NCBI GenBank assembly: GCA_011049045.1 | Contig: DSCO01000057.1 | Span: forward strand, 8,015 to 72,014 | Origin: Methanomicrobia archaeon | GTDB taxonomy: Archaea; Halobacteriota; Syntropharchaeia; Alkanophagales; Methanospirareceae | Direction: 5' to 3' | Length of the DNA stretch: 64,000 bases | In this document: one piece after another, positions 39,029 to 49,466 of the stretch | Position numbering within the stretch: the first letter of the stretch is position 1 | Layout: each line of letters opens with the position of its first letter | Translations under genes and position numbers: made by a program | The notes under the pieces: generated by a model | What the model was told of the DNA's origin: nothing | What the model saw: only the letters and a program-made list of their open reading frames with translations | Databases searched by the model: none

Positions 39029-39334
39029 TTACTCCTTCTCGCCCCTGCTCTTAAATTTGTTCCATACCTTGTCCAGATACTCTTTAAAGACCTCATACTC
39101 GCTCTCCATGCCTTCGGACAGGAAATATGCCGTGCCATAGCCGCCTCCTGCTTCGGTGATCACTTTGTTCTCCAGCAGGACCTTGAGATGGTGGCGCACC
39201 GTTTTGTAATCCAGATCCAGTATTTCTGAGAGCTGATTGGCGTTGTACGGTCGTTCATTCAAGGCGCGTAGTATCCGTGCACGATTCACCCCGCCTTTCG
39301 TACCCACGATCAGCCACCAGATTACCCGTCGCAT
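39029..39334 (-). CDS. Winged-HTH transcriptional regulator
   Basis: 101 aa; NRARILRALNERPYNANQLSEILDLDYKTVRHHLKVLLENKVI HTH; first gene of the minus-strand locus. Confidence 0.6.
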   Translation of the reverse strand: MRRVIWWLIVGTKGGVNRARILRALNERPYNANQLSEILDLDYKTVRHHLKVLLENKVITEAGGGYGTAYFLSEGMESEYEVFKEYLDKVWNKFKSRGEKE

Positions 39335-39441
39335 CGTTCAAACGTAGTAAAAGCTTTAGGCGCCGCAGATATTAAGAGTCCTGAAGGTTATTCGTCCTGC
39401 ACAACGGCCACTTTTCAGGCTCTTACGCGTCGCACAGTGCG

Positions 39442-42198
39442 CTATACACGCGTTTTTCCAAACCGCTTTGTCAGGTACTTCTCGAGCTCGATGATAAAGA
39501 AGATGGGGAGCGCGATCGCGAACATAGTGAGCCAGTATTCAGCGGGCAGCGGTGCGGTGCCCAGAGGGTTGATGCCGATGACAGGTGGTGCATAAATGAC
39601 CGTGAACTGTAGAAAGAGCGTGAGTGCGACGCCGATGAGCACCCACTTGTTGGAGACGGGGCTGAAGGAGAACGCGGATTCCGAGATCGAGCGAGCGGTA
39701 AAGAGATAGCAGATATGGACGATCATGACGGTGGTGAAGACTGCGGTCTGAGCCTTCATCAGCACCTCAGGGTCGCCGACCCAGCTATTGATCGCAAAGA
39801 AGTACATGAAGAAACCGGTAAGGGTCGTGAAGAGCGAGACGACCCCGACTTTCCGAAGGAACGGTGGATCGGTGATCCGCTCTTTGGGGTCGCGTGGTGG
39901 CCGGAGGAGCAATCCTTTCTCCTTTGGCTCCTTGATTATCGGGAGCGCGAGCGCGATGGCAGCGAGGAGATTGATCCAGAGGATCTGAACGGGCGCGATC
40001 GGGAGACCCCCGCCGAGGTGCGGATTGAAGATGGCAATGAATGGCGCAAGCAGAATGGCGCCCAGGATCAGGAGTGCCTGGCCGCCATTGGTGGGCAGCA
40101 AGTACAGAATAACCTTCCGGATGTTGTCGTAAACGTATCGGCCCTCTTCGACGGCGGCCACGATGCTGGCGAAGTTATCGTCGGTGAGAATGATGTCGGC
40201 CGCGCCCTTGCTCACTTCAGTACCGCTGATACCCATGGCGATCCCGATGTCCGCAGCTTTGAGCGCGGGCGCATCGTTGACGCCATCGCCGGTGACGGCG
40301 GTGATATGGCCAAGCAGCTGCAACTGCCGGGTGATCCGGAACTTGTGCTCGGGCGCGGCCCTGGCATAGATGGAGACGGAACCCACGAGCTCGAAGAGCT
40401 CATCATCGCTTATTCGCTCGAGCTCTGCACCGGTCAAGACGCGATCTGATTCGGTGGCGATGCCGATCTGCTGCGCAATCGCTTTCGCGGTCTGCGCATG
40501 GTCACCGGTGATCATAACGACGCGAATGCCCGCGCGTTTGCATGCGGCCACGGCATCGATGACCTCATCCCGAGGTGGATCACTCATCCCCTGAAGTCCG
40601 AGGAAGGTCAGTCCCGTCACGTCCTGAGGCTCGAGCACCTTCTTCTCTCGCGGCACGCGTTTATACGCCATGCCCAGAACGCGCAAGGCGTTGCCGGCGA
40701 ACTCCTCAGCCGCACGCGCTATTTCATCACGACGCAGCGGCCGCTCCCTATCCTCGATCAGTTGATTCTCGCACATGGCGAGGATCCGTTCTGGCGCGCC
40801 TTTGACGTAGATGTGGTTACCGTCAGTGCCTTCCTGCAAGGTGGCCATGTACTGCTGCTCGGATGAGAAGGGTATCTCGTCCAGTTTCGCACGCTCCGTG
40901 GCGAGTCCAGCTTTCCGCGCTGAGACGACCAGGGCGCCTTCGGTGGGATCGCCGATGATACTGTACCGCTTGGTTTCGCGGTCATACTCGAGCCCGGCAT
41001 TATTGCAGAGGTAGCCTGCTTTCAGGGTTTCGCGTAACTCATCATGCCCTTTTTTGGGCTCAATGGTACAATCTTCGCACAAGAACTCGCCTTTAGGCTC
41101 GTAGCCACTACCCGTTACGCTGAACCGCCCTCCCCCGGCGTAGATGCGGGAGACCGTCATCTGGTTCCGGGTGAGTGTGCCGGTCTTATCAGAGCATATG
41201 ACGGTGGTAACGCCGAGTGTCTCGGCTGCGGGCAGGTTCTTGACGAGCGCGTGCCGGCGTGCCATGGTCATAGCGCCGAAGGCCAGCGTGATCGTGAGAA
41301 TAGCGGGTAAACCCTCGGGAATGGCGGCGACCGCGAGCGATACGGAGGCGAGGAAGGAATAGACGGGCGGGAACCCGAAGATGACGGCCAGTATGAAGTT
41401 GAGCGCGGCAATGGTGAGGATGGTGATGACCAGCAAGCGGGTGAAGTGCGCCATCTTGCGGGTGAGTGGCGTGGCCAACTCTTCGGTCTCCTGTGTCAAT
41501 TCCGCGATACGACCGATCTCAGCATCCTTACCGGTACCCACGACAATCCCCCGTCCCGAGCCGCGGGTGATGAACGTGCTGCTGAAGGCCATGCAGCGCT
41601 GATCCGCGGGTGGTAGACCTGGCCGGGCGATGGGTTCGGTGGTTTTCGAGACGGGAACGGACTCGCCGGTGAGCGTCGCTTCGTCTGCATAGAGGTTTTT
41701 GGAGCGGAAGAGCCGGAGATCCGCGGGGACTTTATCTCCCTCCTCGAGCAGCACGATATCGCCCGGCACCAACTCGCGTGCAGGAATGCGCATTTCCCTG
41801 CGGCCGCGGATCACCCTGCATTCGAGCGACATCAACTTCCTGAGCGCCTCAGCGGCTGCATCTGCTTTCTTCTCCTGAATGAAGCCGATGATCGTATTGG
41901 CGAAGACGACTGCAAGGATGACCACGGTGTCCATCAGCATATCGAGGAAGGTGGTGGTGAGCGCAGCAGCGAGCAGTACGTAGATAAGCGAGTTGTGGAA
42001 CTGCAAAATGAACTTGGTGAACGAGCTGCGTTTCTTGATGGGCAATTCGTTATACCCGTACTGCTGGAGCCGTGCCTGCGCCTCAGCGGCTGTAAGCCCC
42101 TCGGGATTCGCTGCTAGTTGCTCAAAAACCTGCTCGACCGTCTGCTGATACCAGCTCTTATCGTGTGACACCGCGAACTCCCCTCTCTCACCACCCAT
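39442..42198 (-). CDS. P-type ATPase, P2 (Ca2+/cation-transporting) type
   Basis: 918 aa; DKTGTLT phosphorylation motif, TGES, MITGDH, GDGVNDAPALK, 10 TM. Confidence 0.9.
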   Translation of the reverse strand: MGGERGEFAVSHDKSWYQQTVEQVFEQLAANPEGLTAAEAQARLQQYGYNELPIKKRSSFTKFILQFHNSLIYVLLAAALTTTFLDMLMDTVVILAVVFANTIIGFIQEKKADAAAEALRKLMSLECRVIRGRREMRIPARELVPGDIVLLEEGDKVPADLRLFRSKNLYADEATLTGESVPVSKTTEPIARPGLPPADQRCMAFSSTFITRGSGRGIVVGTGKDAEIGRIAELTQETEELATPLTRKMAHFTRLLVITILTIAALNFILAVIFGFPPVYSFLASVSLAVAAIPEGLPAILTITLAFGAMTMARRHALVKNLPAAETLGVTTVICSDKTGTLTRNQMTVSRIYAGGGRFSVTGSGYEPKGEFLCEDCTIEPKKGHDELRETLKAGYLCNNAGLEYDRETKRYSIIGDPTEGALVVSARKAGLATERAKLDEIPFSSEQQYMATLQEGTDGNHIYVKGAPERILAMCENQLIEDRERPLRRDEIARAAEEFAGNALRVLGMAYKRVPREKKVLEPQDVTGLTFLGLQGMSDPPRDEVIDAVAACKRAGIRVVMITGDHAQTAKAIAQQIGIATESDRVLTGAELERISDDELFELVGSVSIYARAAPEHKFRITRQLQLLGHITAVTGDGVNDAPALKAADIGIAMGISGTEVSKGAADIILTDDNFASIVAAVEEGRYVYDNIRKVILYLLPTNGGQALLILGAILLAPFIAIFNPHLGGGLPIAPVQILWINLLAAIALALPIIKEPKEKGLLLRPPRDPKERITDPPFLRKVGVVSLFTTLTGFFMYFFAINSWVGDPEVLMKAQTAVFTTVMIVHICYLFTARSISESAFSFSPVSNKWVLIGVALTLFLQFTVIYAPPVIGINPLGTAPLPAEYWLTMFAIALPIFFIIELEKYLTKRFGKTRV

Positions 42199-42286
42199 CC
42201 ATATATAATCGCAGGACGTGGTTAAATAGTGCTTTTCCGGCCGCGCGACCGCCTTTTTCGTATCCCGGAATCCAGGGCTTACTTAC

Positions 42287-43090
42287 TTACACCGTGTCGA
42301 GGCCGGCATTAAGAAATGATACAATGGCATGGTAAAAGGCCGTGGGGTTATCGTGAAACGGGAAGTGATTGCTTGCGGGGATCTCCCCGAGCGCGCAGCC
42401 GCGTTCAGTCAACCGGGGCAGGTAGGATAGCGACCGATTCTCAGCGCCGTAGATAAAGAGCTTCGGGACATCCAGTGCGCAGTACCGATCCAGGAGCTCA
42501 CCGGTATCTGAATACTCGACGAGCGAGGGGCTGTAGTCATAGTACGCCTTTTTATCGGCTTTTTCCAGGTCCGCCGCGTACTCCCGAAAGCCGCTGTTCT
42601 CCGCGTGCTTCATGCGGTCCTTGAGTTCCGTGAATACGGTGCGGGTGAACCCGGAGAAGTCGGATTGCGCGACGCGCCGCGAGAAGAAGCAATCTTCGGC
42701 AGATAGGTTACCCTCGACGTTGATGAAGCCCCGTACGTTGTTACGAAAGCGTTCTGTGTAAAGGAGCGCGACGAGCCCACCCATACTGTGGCCGACGAGT
42801 ATGATTTCTTTTACCTGCAGCGCGGAGAGCACCAGGTGCGTGATCTCGACCAGGTCGTCAATGTCCAGTGCTAGGGTTTCCGGGTAGGGTGAATCGCCAC
42901 AGCCGGGTAAATCGAAGGTGAGGAGCGTGTATTCAGTCAACGCCGGGTATTCGAAGGCCGCCTGAAAGTCGCGCTTCGAGCAGCCGAGACCGTGGAGGAA
43001 TACCACTGCCACTCCTTGAGTGCGGCGAAGCGAATAGGCGATCTGCACTTTAGACCCTTTATACGTCAGCTGTACTTTTTCAGGTTGCAT
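42287..43090 (-). CDS. Alpha/beta-fold hydrolase
   Basis: 267 aa; nucleophile elbow GHSMGG, HGLG oxyanion region. Confidence 0.8.
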   Translation of the reverse strand: MQPEKVQLTYKGSKVQIAYSLRRTQGVAVVFLHGLGCSKRDFQAAFEYPALTEYTLLTFDLPGCGDSPYPETLALDIDDLVEITHLVLSALQVKEIILVGHSMGGLVALLYTERFRNNVRGFINVEGNLSAEDCFFSRRVAQSDFSGFTRTVFTELKDRMKHAENSGFREYAADLEKADKKAYYDYSPSLVEYSDTGELLDRYCALDVPKLFIYGAENRSLSYLPRLTERGCALGEIPASNHFPFHDNPTAFYHAIVSFLNAGLDTV

Positions 43091-43115
43091 TGCATGAATG
43101 GTTTCCTCGTTACAG

Positions 43116-43823
43116 CTACCAGAGTCCTGGTATTAGCCGGTATCGTACGGTATGAGCATACTCAGCATAGCCCGGCAGCTCGTTTTGAAGCGTACGGTCT
43201 TCCAGGGCGGTGCGGATAATGAGCAACAGGACGACGAGTGCAGCGGGAACCAGTGCCCAGAGTGAGCCCAGCGCCACGGCGGTACTCAGTGCCATAAGAA
43301 TACCGGCGACGTAGCCCGGATGCCGAACGTACCGATAGGGGCCATCCTGTACCACTTGCTGGTCTCGATCAGTCTGGATACGGACCGTGCTGGAGAACCA
43401 CTGGTTCACCCACATCGCCCAGGAATAGAGATAAATCGAATAGCCGTACCCGAGATAGCTCGTTATATAAACAGCCAGAGGCAATTCAGGTGACCACCGA
43501 AATCGTCCGGCGTCCAGGCAGGCGATAATAACGATGGCGAAGAAGAGCGGGCCGTAGAGCGCCAGGAGGAGCTTGTCCCACCATTTCGTGCCGGGCCCGG
43601 GTTTGAACCGTTCCCGGGCGAGCTCGGTTTTTCCAGCGAACACGAGGAGTTGAGCCGTCACGAGCAGCACCGTCACGATGCTGAATACCCAGCCCTGCCA
43701 GTAGCTGAGCCGACCCGCCAGGATAAAGATAATGGCGATGATGATCAGGAGCGCGAAGAAGCCCTTAACGACGATTTTAAGATATTGGGAGAATTCCGTA
43801 GTGGTGCCGTTATTATTTACCAT
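43116..43823 (-). CDS. Isoprenylcysteine carboxyl methyltransferase (ICMT)/phospholipid methyltransferase-family membrane protein
   Basis: 235 aa polytopic; RYVRHPGYVAGIL motif. Confidence 0.7.
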   Translation of the reverse strand: MVNNNGTTTEFSQYLKIVVKGFFALLIIIAIIFILAGRLSYWQGWVFSIVTVLLVTAQLLVFAGKTELARERFKPGPGTKWWDKLLLALYGPLFFAIVIIACLDAGRFRWSPELPLAVYITSYLGYGYSIYLYSWAMWVNQWFSSTVRIQTDRDQQVVQDGPYRYVRHPGYVAGILMALSTAVALGSLWALVPAALVVLLLIIRTALEDRTLQNELPGYAEYAHTVRYRLIPGLW

Positions 43824-43900
43824 GTCCTCACCATCACGTTTACTGTACTCTAAGCTCCTGCCTGTTTAAAACCAGAGGGGTAGGAACTTTAGCCCCTCAG

Positions 43901-45003
43901 TTACAGGACCCTGTCGGCATAGGGGATTCTACGTACGACGAAATGGCTGAGCAAGAAGCAGAGGCTCACCCCCAGGAACGACACCAGCGCGAATTTCAGC
44001 AGCGGAAAGATCAGCAGGCCACGAATGGCGTATGATACAGCGACAATGACCGGGGCATGAATGATGAATACCGTGTATGCATTATCCGATAGGTTCTTTG
44101 TAAACGACGTATGTGTGTTATACTTTCGACGCAAACTGACAAAGATACCGGTGATAAGGCCAGTGCCCACAAAAGCTTCCCAGGTGGAATAGAACAGCGA
44201 TTGCCAATGCACTCCACCAATAAACGGCGCTGTATCCTCAAGCGCGCCGCCCATAACACCAATTACAGGGAAGAGCAGAATAGCAGCTACTGCGAGTTTC
44301 AGCCATCGCATGCCAACTGAATCACTGAACGTATCAAACCTTTTGTTGTTATAGGCGATGATGCCAACGATGAACAGACTGATATAGCCGTGGAAGAAGC
44401 CAAATTGCAGGTTGGAGAAGCTCGCGCCAATCGGCCACCAGATTCGTACAAGAAACTTAGCCAGTGAGAGCATAAGAACGAAGAGGACGAGCTCCCTGCT
44501 CTTCGGCGGTTGCTTCACTTCACGCGGTCGTCCCGGGACGAACAACTTCCACAGGGTATACCCGCAGCAAAAGATCAGTAAGGTCTGCAGAAACCAGAGC
44601 GGACCAGATCCGAAATAATCCAGGAAGGATACCGAGTACCCCATCGACCTGACATAGAGCGCATACGCGATAAGCGGATTGATTACGAAGAAATAGATCA
44701 CGAGCGGGATGCCTAACCGGATGAATCGGTCCTTCAGATATATTCTCGCCCCCTTTCGGGAAAAGGATCCGGGGGTGAAGTAGCCGGAGATCATAAAGAA
44801 GAAACCCAGCACAAAGGCCTGCACCACGCTATTGAAGAGCGTGAGCAGAACAGCAGAGAGCACGTCCTCGGTGTGCTCATAAGTAATACCAGCTGCCACT
44901 AGCGCCATAGGTAATGGCGATATGGAGCATGAGGATGAGCGTGATCAGCAGTGTTCTCAGGTTATTGACGTAGAGTAATTGTGGTCTGCTCTGGTGCGCC
45001 ATC
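43901..45003 (-). pseudogene. Acyltransferase-3 (OafA-like) gene with frameshift near codon 40
   Basis: N-terminal piece MAHQSRPQLLYVNNLRTLLITLILMLHIAITYGASGSWYYL* (45003..44878) then remaining body in another frame (44908..43901, …FFFMISGYF…). Confidence 0.6.
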
Positions 45004-45155
45004 GTACAGCTTAACGCCTCTCTGGTTGTATCTTATATCAGCCAAATCGTGTACCATGCGCGTACTCGACCGTCCCCGGTGCTCGACACGACGCGAAGAT
45101 CATGGTGGCGAACGATGAAAGAGCATTTAAATAGCCCGCCCCTCCTATTCTACTA

Positions 45156-45392
45156 TTGGATACCGCAATCGAGCAACAAATACTTGACCGGCTTCTTCGG
45201 ATAGAAAAGGAGCTGGTTGAGATCCGAGAACACGTGGTGGATATTGATACGCTTCTGAGTAACGAGGAAAAGAAGTTGCTGGACGAAAGTGTGGAGCGAG
45301 AAGCACGCGGTGAGCTGAGTTCGTTAGAAGATATAGAGCATTCTTTACCGGATAAATTACACAGAACAGCGTATTGTTGTTGTGAAAATTGA
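45156..45392 (+). CDS. Hypothetical small coiled-coil protein
   Basis: 78 aa; charged heptad-like sequence, CCC near C-terminus; weak. Confidence 0.25.
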   Translation: MDTAIEQQILDRLLRIEKELVEIREHVVDIDTLLSNEEKKLLDESVEREARGELSSLEDIEHSLPDKLHRTAYCCCEN

Positions 45393-45453
45393 TCACAGAG
45401 AAAGAGTGTATTAAAAGAGCCGAACCCTTCACCTATTCTCTCTTGTATCATCT

Positions 45454-45969
45454 CTATACAAACCGTGTCCCGTAGATCTTTCGGGGGAACTCGCCCTGCG
45501 CGTACTCGACTGTATGTTTTCTGTGCACCACCGTGTCATCTGCGTACGCTTCGAGCACTTCACCAACGAACAGGTTCTTATCACCGGTTTCTACCTCTTG
45601 CTGCACGGTGCATTCCATCCACGCGACGCACTCAGCGATGATGGGCGCTTTTACCTGTCGTGCGGGCAGCGGTGTCAAGCCAGTAGCTTTGAATTTATCG
45701 ACGTGCGCGCCGGAATGATACCCGCAGTAGTAGACCTTCGGCTCGAGCACTCTGGTCGGCACGTTCACGATAAATTCCTGCGTGCGCTCGATGAGGTTCA
45801 GTGAATGGGCGCTTCGGCCGATAGCGCAGGCGATGAGCGGTGGCGTTTTGGAGACGGGCATGCAGAAGCTAACCGCGATGATGTTCGCTTCTTCTTTAAC
45901 GTCGCCGCAGGTGATCAGATAGTGCCGCATCGGCCATAAATACTCCAGATATTCGACGTCGATATTCAT
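45454..45969 (-). CDS. Flavin reductase-like (flavoredoxin) FMN-binding protein
   Basis: ~172 aa from MNIDVEYLEY…; Flavin_Reduct-like pattern. Confidence 0.7.
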   Translation of the reverse strand: MNIDVEYLEYLWPMRHYLITCGDVKEEANIIAVSFCMPVSKTPPLIACAIGRSAHSLNLIERTQEFIVNVPTRVLEPKVYYCGYHSGAHVDKFKATGLTPLPARQVKAPIIAECVAWMECTVQQEVETGDKNLFVGEVLEAYADDTVVHRKHTVEYAQGEFPRKIYGTRFV

Positions 45970-46251
45970 GTTCAGGTCTTTTATACTGGCACTGCTTCCC
46001 GGGGAATCCGACCTGCTGAATTGTAACTGTGGAGGGATAGATATTGTGTACTCCGTATGTACTTCTCTATATACACTCATTGAGGATAAACGTTGCGGTA
46101 GTGCTTTTCAGTATTCGGTGCATGCACTTTGTGAAGGCGCGTCGGACCATGTAAGAAGCAGGAACGCCACTATCTCGTTTCCAGCCTAAGACATAATATC
46201 GCACAGGGTGTTTATTTAAAGCAGGAACCGCGTCTTACAAACGAGAGCATT

Positions 46252-46875
46252 ATGAACTCCAGCTTTGCTGTCACGCTCGACGAGGAATTCAGGCCAGCAT
46301 CGCAGTTGCGAACACTCTACTACATCTATCTGCTCCTCGGCGTCCTCATTGGTGTGCTGCCCTGGTTCGTCCCGCTCGTGCTCTACATGCCACAAGTATC
46401 GGATAATGTGCGCTTATTCATCATCTTCTTGCTTTTGCTCCCGCTGCTCGTCGTGCTCGGCTTTATCGGTTACTGGATTTACCGGTATTACGGGACGATC
46501 AGGTACAAACTGACGAATGATGAAGTGGAATGGCGGCGGGGCGTGTGGTTCCAGCAGTCGGGGATCGCGCCGTACAACCGGATCACCAATATCGACACGA
46601 TCCAGGGCCCGATCTCGAGGATGCTCGGCATCGCGGCGCTTCGCATTCATACCGCGGGCTATTCAGCACAGCAGGCCCAGGCTGAGATCAGGATGAACGG
46701 GATCGAGCACTTTGAGCCGCTGCGGGCGCTCATCATGGCGTACATCAAAAAGAAGAAACCCACGGCCGTGGAGACCTACGCAGCCGAGGAGATAGAAGCA
46801 CCAACGGGCACCGGGGCGATCGTCCAGGAACTGGTGCGAATACGGGAGCTGCTCGAGCGCTCCGAGCGTAAATGA
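46252..46875 (+). CDS. Membrane protein with bacterial PH (bPH_2/DUF304, YdbS-like) domain
   Basis: 207 aa; two N-terminal TM then YKLTNDEVEWRRG…YNRITNIDTIQGPISRMLGIAALRIHTAG. Confidence 0.6.
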   Translation: MNSSFAVTLDEEFRPASQLRTLYYIYLLLGVLIGVLPWFVPLVLYMPQVSDNVRLFIIFLLLLPLLVVLGFIGYWIYRYYGTIRYKLTNDEVEWRRGVWFQQSGIAPYNRITNIDTIQGPISRMLGIAALRIHTAGYSAQQAQAEIRMNGIEHFEPLRALIMAYIKKKKPTAVETYAAEEIEAPTGTGAIVQELVRIRELLERSERK

Positions 46876-47234
46876 GTAGCACGCGCGATACTGCACAGAC
46901 TTTGATATGATATAAGTCAAACCTTGGAAGGTATCAGATCGAAATTAAGTTCTCTTGGTAAAGCTTTTCTTATAAAGAAAAGGTTTCCGTACGTGCTCTC
47001 TGAGCGTGCAGTCAAGAAGGTATGGGTTCCGCCGAAGGGCGTATCCTGCCTGCCTCGGAAGGCGCGCAGTAAAGTCCCGCGGGCATATCAATACTGGCAT
47101 GCCGAGGAGCCTGCGAAGCGGCGCGCAATCCGGGATGAGTTGCTGCAGCAGCCCCGAAAAAGGCAATCACGAGCATACGTGCAAGCACAGAGGATATACA
47201 GCGTACGCTGTGCGAACTGCAGGAGCTGGATGAC

Positions 47235-47669
47235 GTGTTAGGTCCGGTGCAGTTCAAGCTGCTGAAGCAGATCTGGAAAGGCCAGAAGGTGATACGTGAG
47301 GGGCCTTCCCGTGCAATATTCTGGGTCGTGCTCAAACGCGGTAACCAATGCATCGAATATGGTTTGGACTCCGACCCGATCCATAACAGCCGTGTCGCGT
47401 GCCTGCCTTTCGTACAAAAAGGCATCATCCAGCTCTGGAAAACTGAGGGCGAAGTGCCCCCGCGTTCGCTACTCAACACCACGAAGAATACGCCCTCCAC
47501 GATCTCCGTGCTCGATCAGGGTGCAGCCATTGTAAGGGACGGCCTCTCGTCGACGCACTTAGAACTTCGGCTCAAAGGCGAAAAACTTCAGGGCGTCTGG
47601 GTCGTAGCGAAGCAGAAAGACTCGAAGTTATGGACGTTCGTGCGTATAGACGGCACGCAGTGGCCATGA
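47235..47669 (+). CDS. Hypothetical protein (GTG start)
   Basis: 144 aa open frame, no recognisable domain; region 46.9-47.7 kb has several overlapping frames and is poorly resolved. Confidence 0.2.
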   Translation: MLGPVQFKLLKQIWKGQKVIREGPSRAIFWVVLKRGNQCIEYGLDSDPIHNSRVACLPFVQKGIIQLWKTEGEVPPRSLLNTTKNTPSTISVLDQGAAIVRDGLSSTHLELRLKGEKLQGVWVVAKQKDSKLWTFVRIDGTQWP

Positions 47670-47939
47670 TGCTCTACTCAACCATCCAAAACGGTAGGAC
47701 CGGCTATGTCTTCTCGCCTGACGAGGGCAAAGCGTACTTCATACCCGCAACCGAACTACAAGCACTGCTATGCGGTCACATCGGGAAGAAAAAGAAAAGC
47801 GAACCGAGTTAATATGAATGAGTGAAGATGAAGGGGGATCCGATTCATTTGTAGCTCAACGTCCTCAATGCGCTGAGATGCCCTTTGAAAACGCCAAGGT
47901 TCCGAAAAGCTTTAATATGCTTGTTCAAAAATAATAAGT

Positions 47940-48479
47940 ATGCCATTTTCAGAACGGATAAAACAAGAAGCTAGAAAGAAAGCAGCTTTTCAGTGCTGCA
48001 TTTGCAAAAGATCCGGTTTGAGTTTAGAAGTGCATCACATTATTCCCGAAAGTCCAGATGGCCCTTCAGACATAGAAAACGCAATAGTTTTATGTTCGAG
48101 TTGCCACGCAATTTATGGAGCAAATCCAGAAAAGCGAAAAATGATGAAACAGTGTAGGGATGATTGGTATGATAAGGTTGATAGAATGTACGGACAACAA
48201 GCAATTGATATATTTTCCTCAGCTTTTGAAATTCATGAGCAACAACTATCTAATTTATCTTCTGAAGTAAATGATTTAAAGACTCGTTTACGAGAATATA
48301 TGAATCAGTCGATTAATGAAATGGAAATCACCCCAGAGACAGTTCTGGTCACAGTATCAGAGTTCATCAACGCATCAACATTATATCAACCTAAATCAGA
48401 TCGTTGTGTAAAATGCGGCTATATGTTAAGAAAAACTGATTTATACTGCCCCCATTGCGGGGAACCTACGTCATTATAA
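47940..48479 (+). CDS. HNH endonuclease-domain protein with C-terminal zinc ribbon
   Basis: 179 aa; CCICKRSGLSLEVHHIIP…NAIVLCSSCH; C-terminal CVKCGY…CPHCG; in AT-rich segment. Confidence 0.7.
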   Translation: MPFSERIKQEARKKAAFQCCICKRSGLSLEVHHIIPESPDGPSDIENAIVLCSSCHAIYGANPEKRKMMKQCRDDWYDKVDRMYGQQAIDIFSSAFEIHEQQLSNLSSEVNDLKTRLREYMNQSINEMEITPETVLVTVSEFINASTLYQPKSDRCVKCGYMLRKTDLYCPHCGEPTSL

Positions 48480-48596
48480 TGTTACCCTGCTCATCCTTTA
48501 TGCGGCGGAAGCGTTCTCTCAACGCTATGAGGTGCCACCTAGAAAACGCTAGGAATGAGTAGGTAATTGCTAAAGAGAATTAGAATGCTTCTTCTT

Positions 48597-49466
48597 TCAC
48601 TCAAAGGCTTCAGAATAGGATCTTTTGAGGAGGTTTGTTAGGAAATCTGCTTTGTTAGTAACGTCAGACTTTGACAATCTAATGCGATACCGTCCCCATT
48701 TATCATAATCCATTAAATCTAGCCCACTTTCAGTAATTTCATTTTTAAGTTCTTCAGATTTTTTCATTCTTACTTCTAATCTCAAAGCATTTTTTTGGGG
48801 CCTGAAAACAACAAAATTTTTTGGTTGTCGTTCCTGTGATAACCCAATATAAAATTTGGTGTAATTAAGATCAAAATCTGGAGCAAAAGTGTGAATATAA
48901 TCTAGTAGCTTGTCGACCAGAGCGACTGTCTCCTTTGTCCCTCTCTTTTTCTCCCAATAGTTTCTATCGACAAGTTCTTTTTCTTCATCTTCTTCTTCAT
49001 ATCCTAGTGTCATTTGATCCAATACTGTTGTGAATATCAGAGAAATTTTTTCTTCATATCTTACTGCTTTCATTTGTATAGCGATAAGTGGGATAAATCC
49101 GTTGAACAGGCTTATGACGTTGAGAAATCTGCTAGTTATGTCCTCTGCAATTAATACGGCCGTATGGTCATAATTAGGATACCTTTTTCTTTCGATGTCC
49201 CAATACTCTATTGTACGAATTATGTGACTCTCGTCTGTGCTCCCTAACTGTACTTCAACTTCGTATCTTCTAAATGAATCAGGATCCTGTAGTAGAAGGT
49301 CGAGGCGACCAGCTCTAGGGAAAATCCTTTCCCTATCTTTTAGCAGCAAATCACCGAGTCCGAGAATGGATGGATCTTCCGAGATTTTATCCTGAACCCA
49401 TGATTCATTATAGGTCGGATGATTCTTAAGTGAGACGTTTTCAAACTTGATATATTTTTCGGACAT
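48597..49466 (-). CDS. PD-(D/E)xK-like nuclease-fold protein with uncharacterised C-terminal domain
   Basis: ~289 aa from MSEKYIKF; GRLDLLLQD … YEVEVQLG resembles restriction-endonuclease-like core; in AT-rich segment. Confidence 0.45.
   Translation of the reverse strand: MSEKYIKFENVSLKNHPTYNESWVQDKISEDPSILGLGDLLLKDRERIFPRAGRLDLLLQDPDSFRRYEVEVQLGSTDESHIIRTIEYWDIERKRYPNYDHTAVLIAEDITSRFLNVISLFNGFIPLIAIQMKAVRYEEKISLIFTTVLDQMTLGYEEEDEEKELVDRNYWEKKRGTKETVALVDKLLDYIHTFAPDFDLNYTKFYIGLSQERQPKNFVVFRPQKNALRLEVRMKKSEELKNEITESGLDLMDYDKWGRYRIRLSKSDVTNKADFLTNLLKRSYSEAFE

Noticed and set aside
39715-40449. 244-aa + strand ORF
   Set aside because: Antisense to the P-type ATPase gene, which has all catalytic motifs.
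45038-45451. 137-aa minus-strand ORF
   Set aside because: Ser-rich low-complexity translation overlapping a more plausible + strand small ORF; no start context.
46924-47669. Several overlapping 60-160-aa ORFs between the bPH gene and the AT-rich island
   Set aside because: No frame shows domain-like sequence or good start context; could hide small provirus genes or an integrase fragment but cannot be supported from sequence alone (one kept at confidence 0.2).
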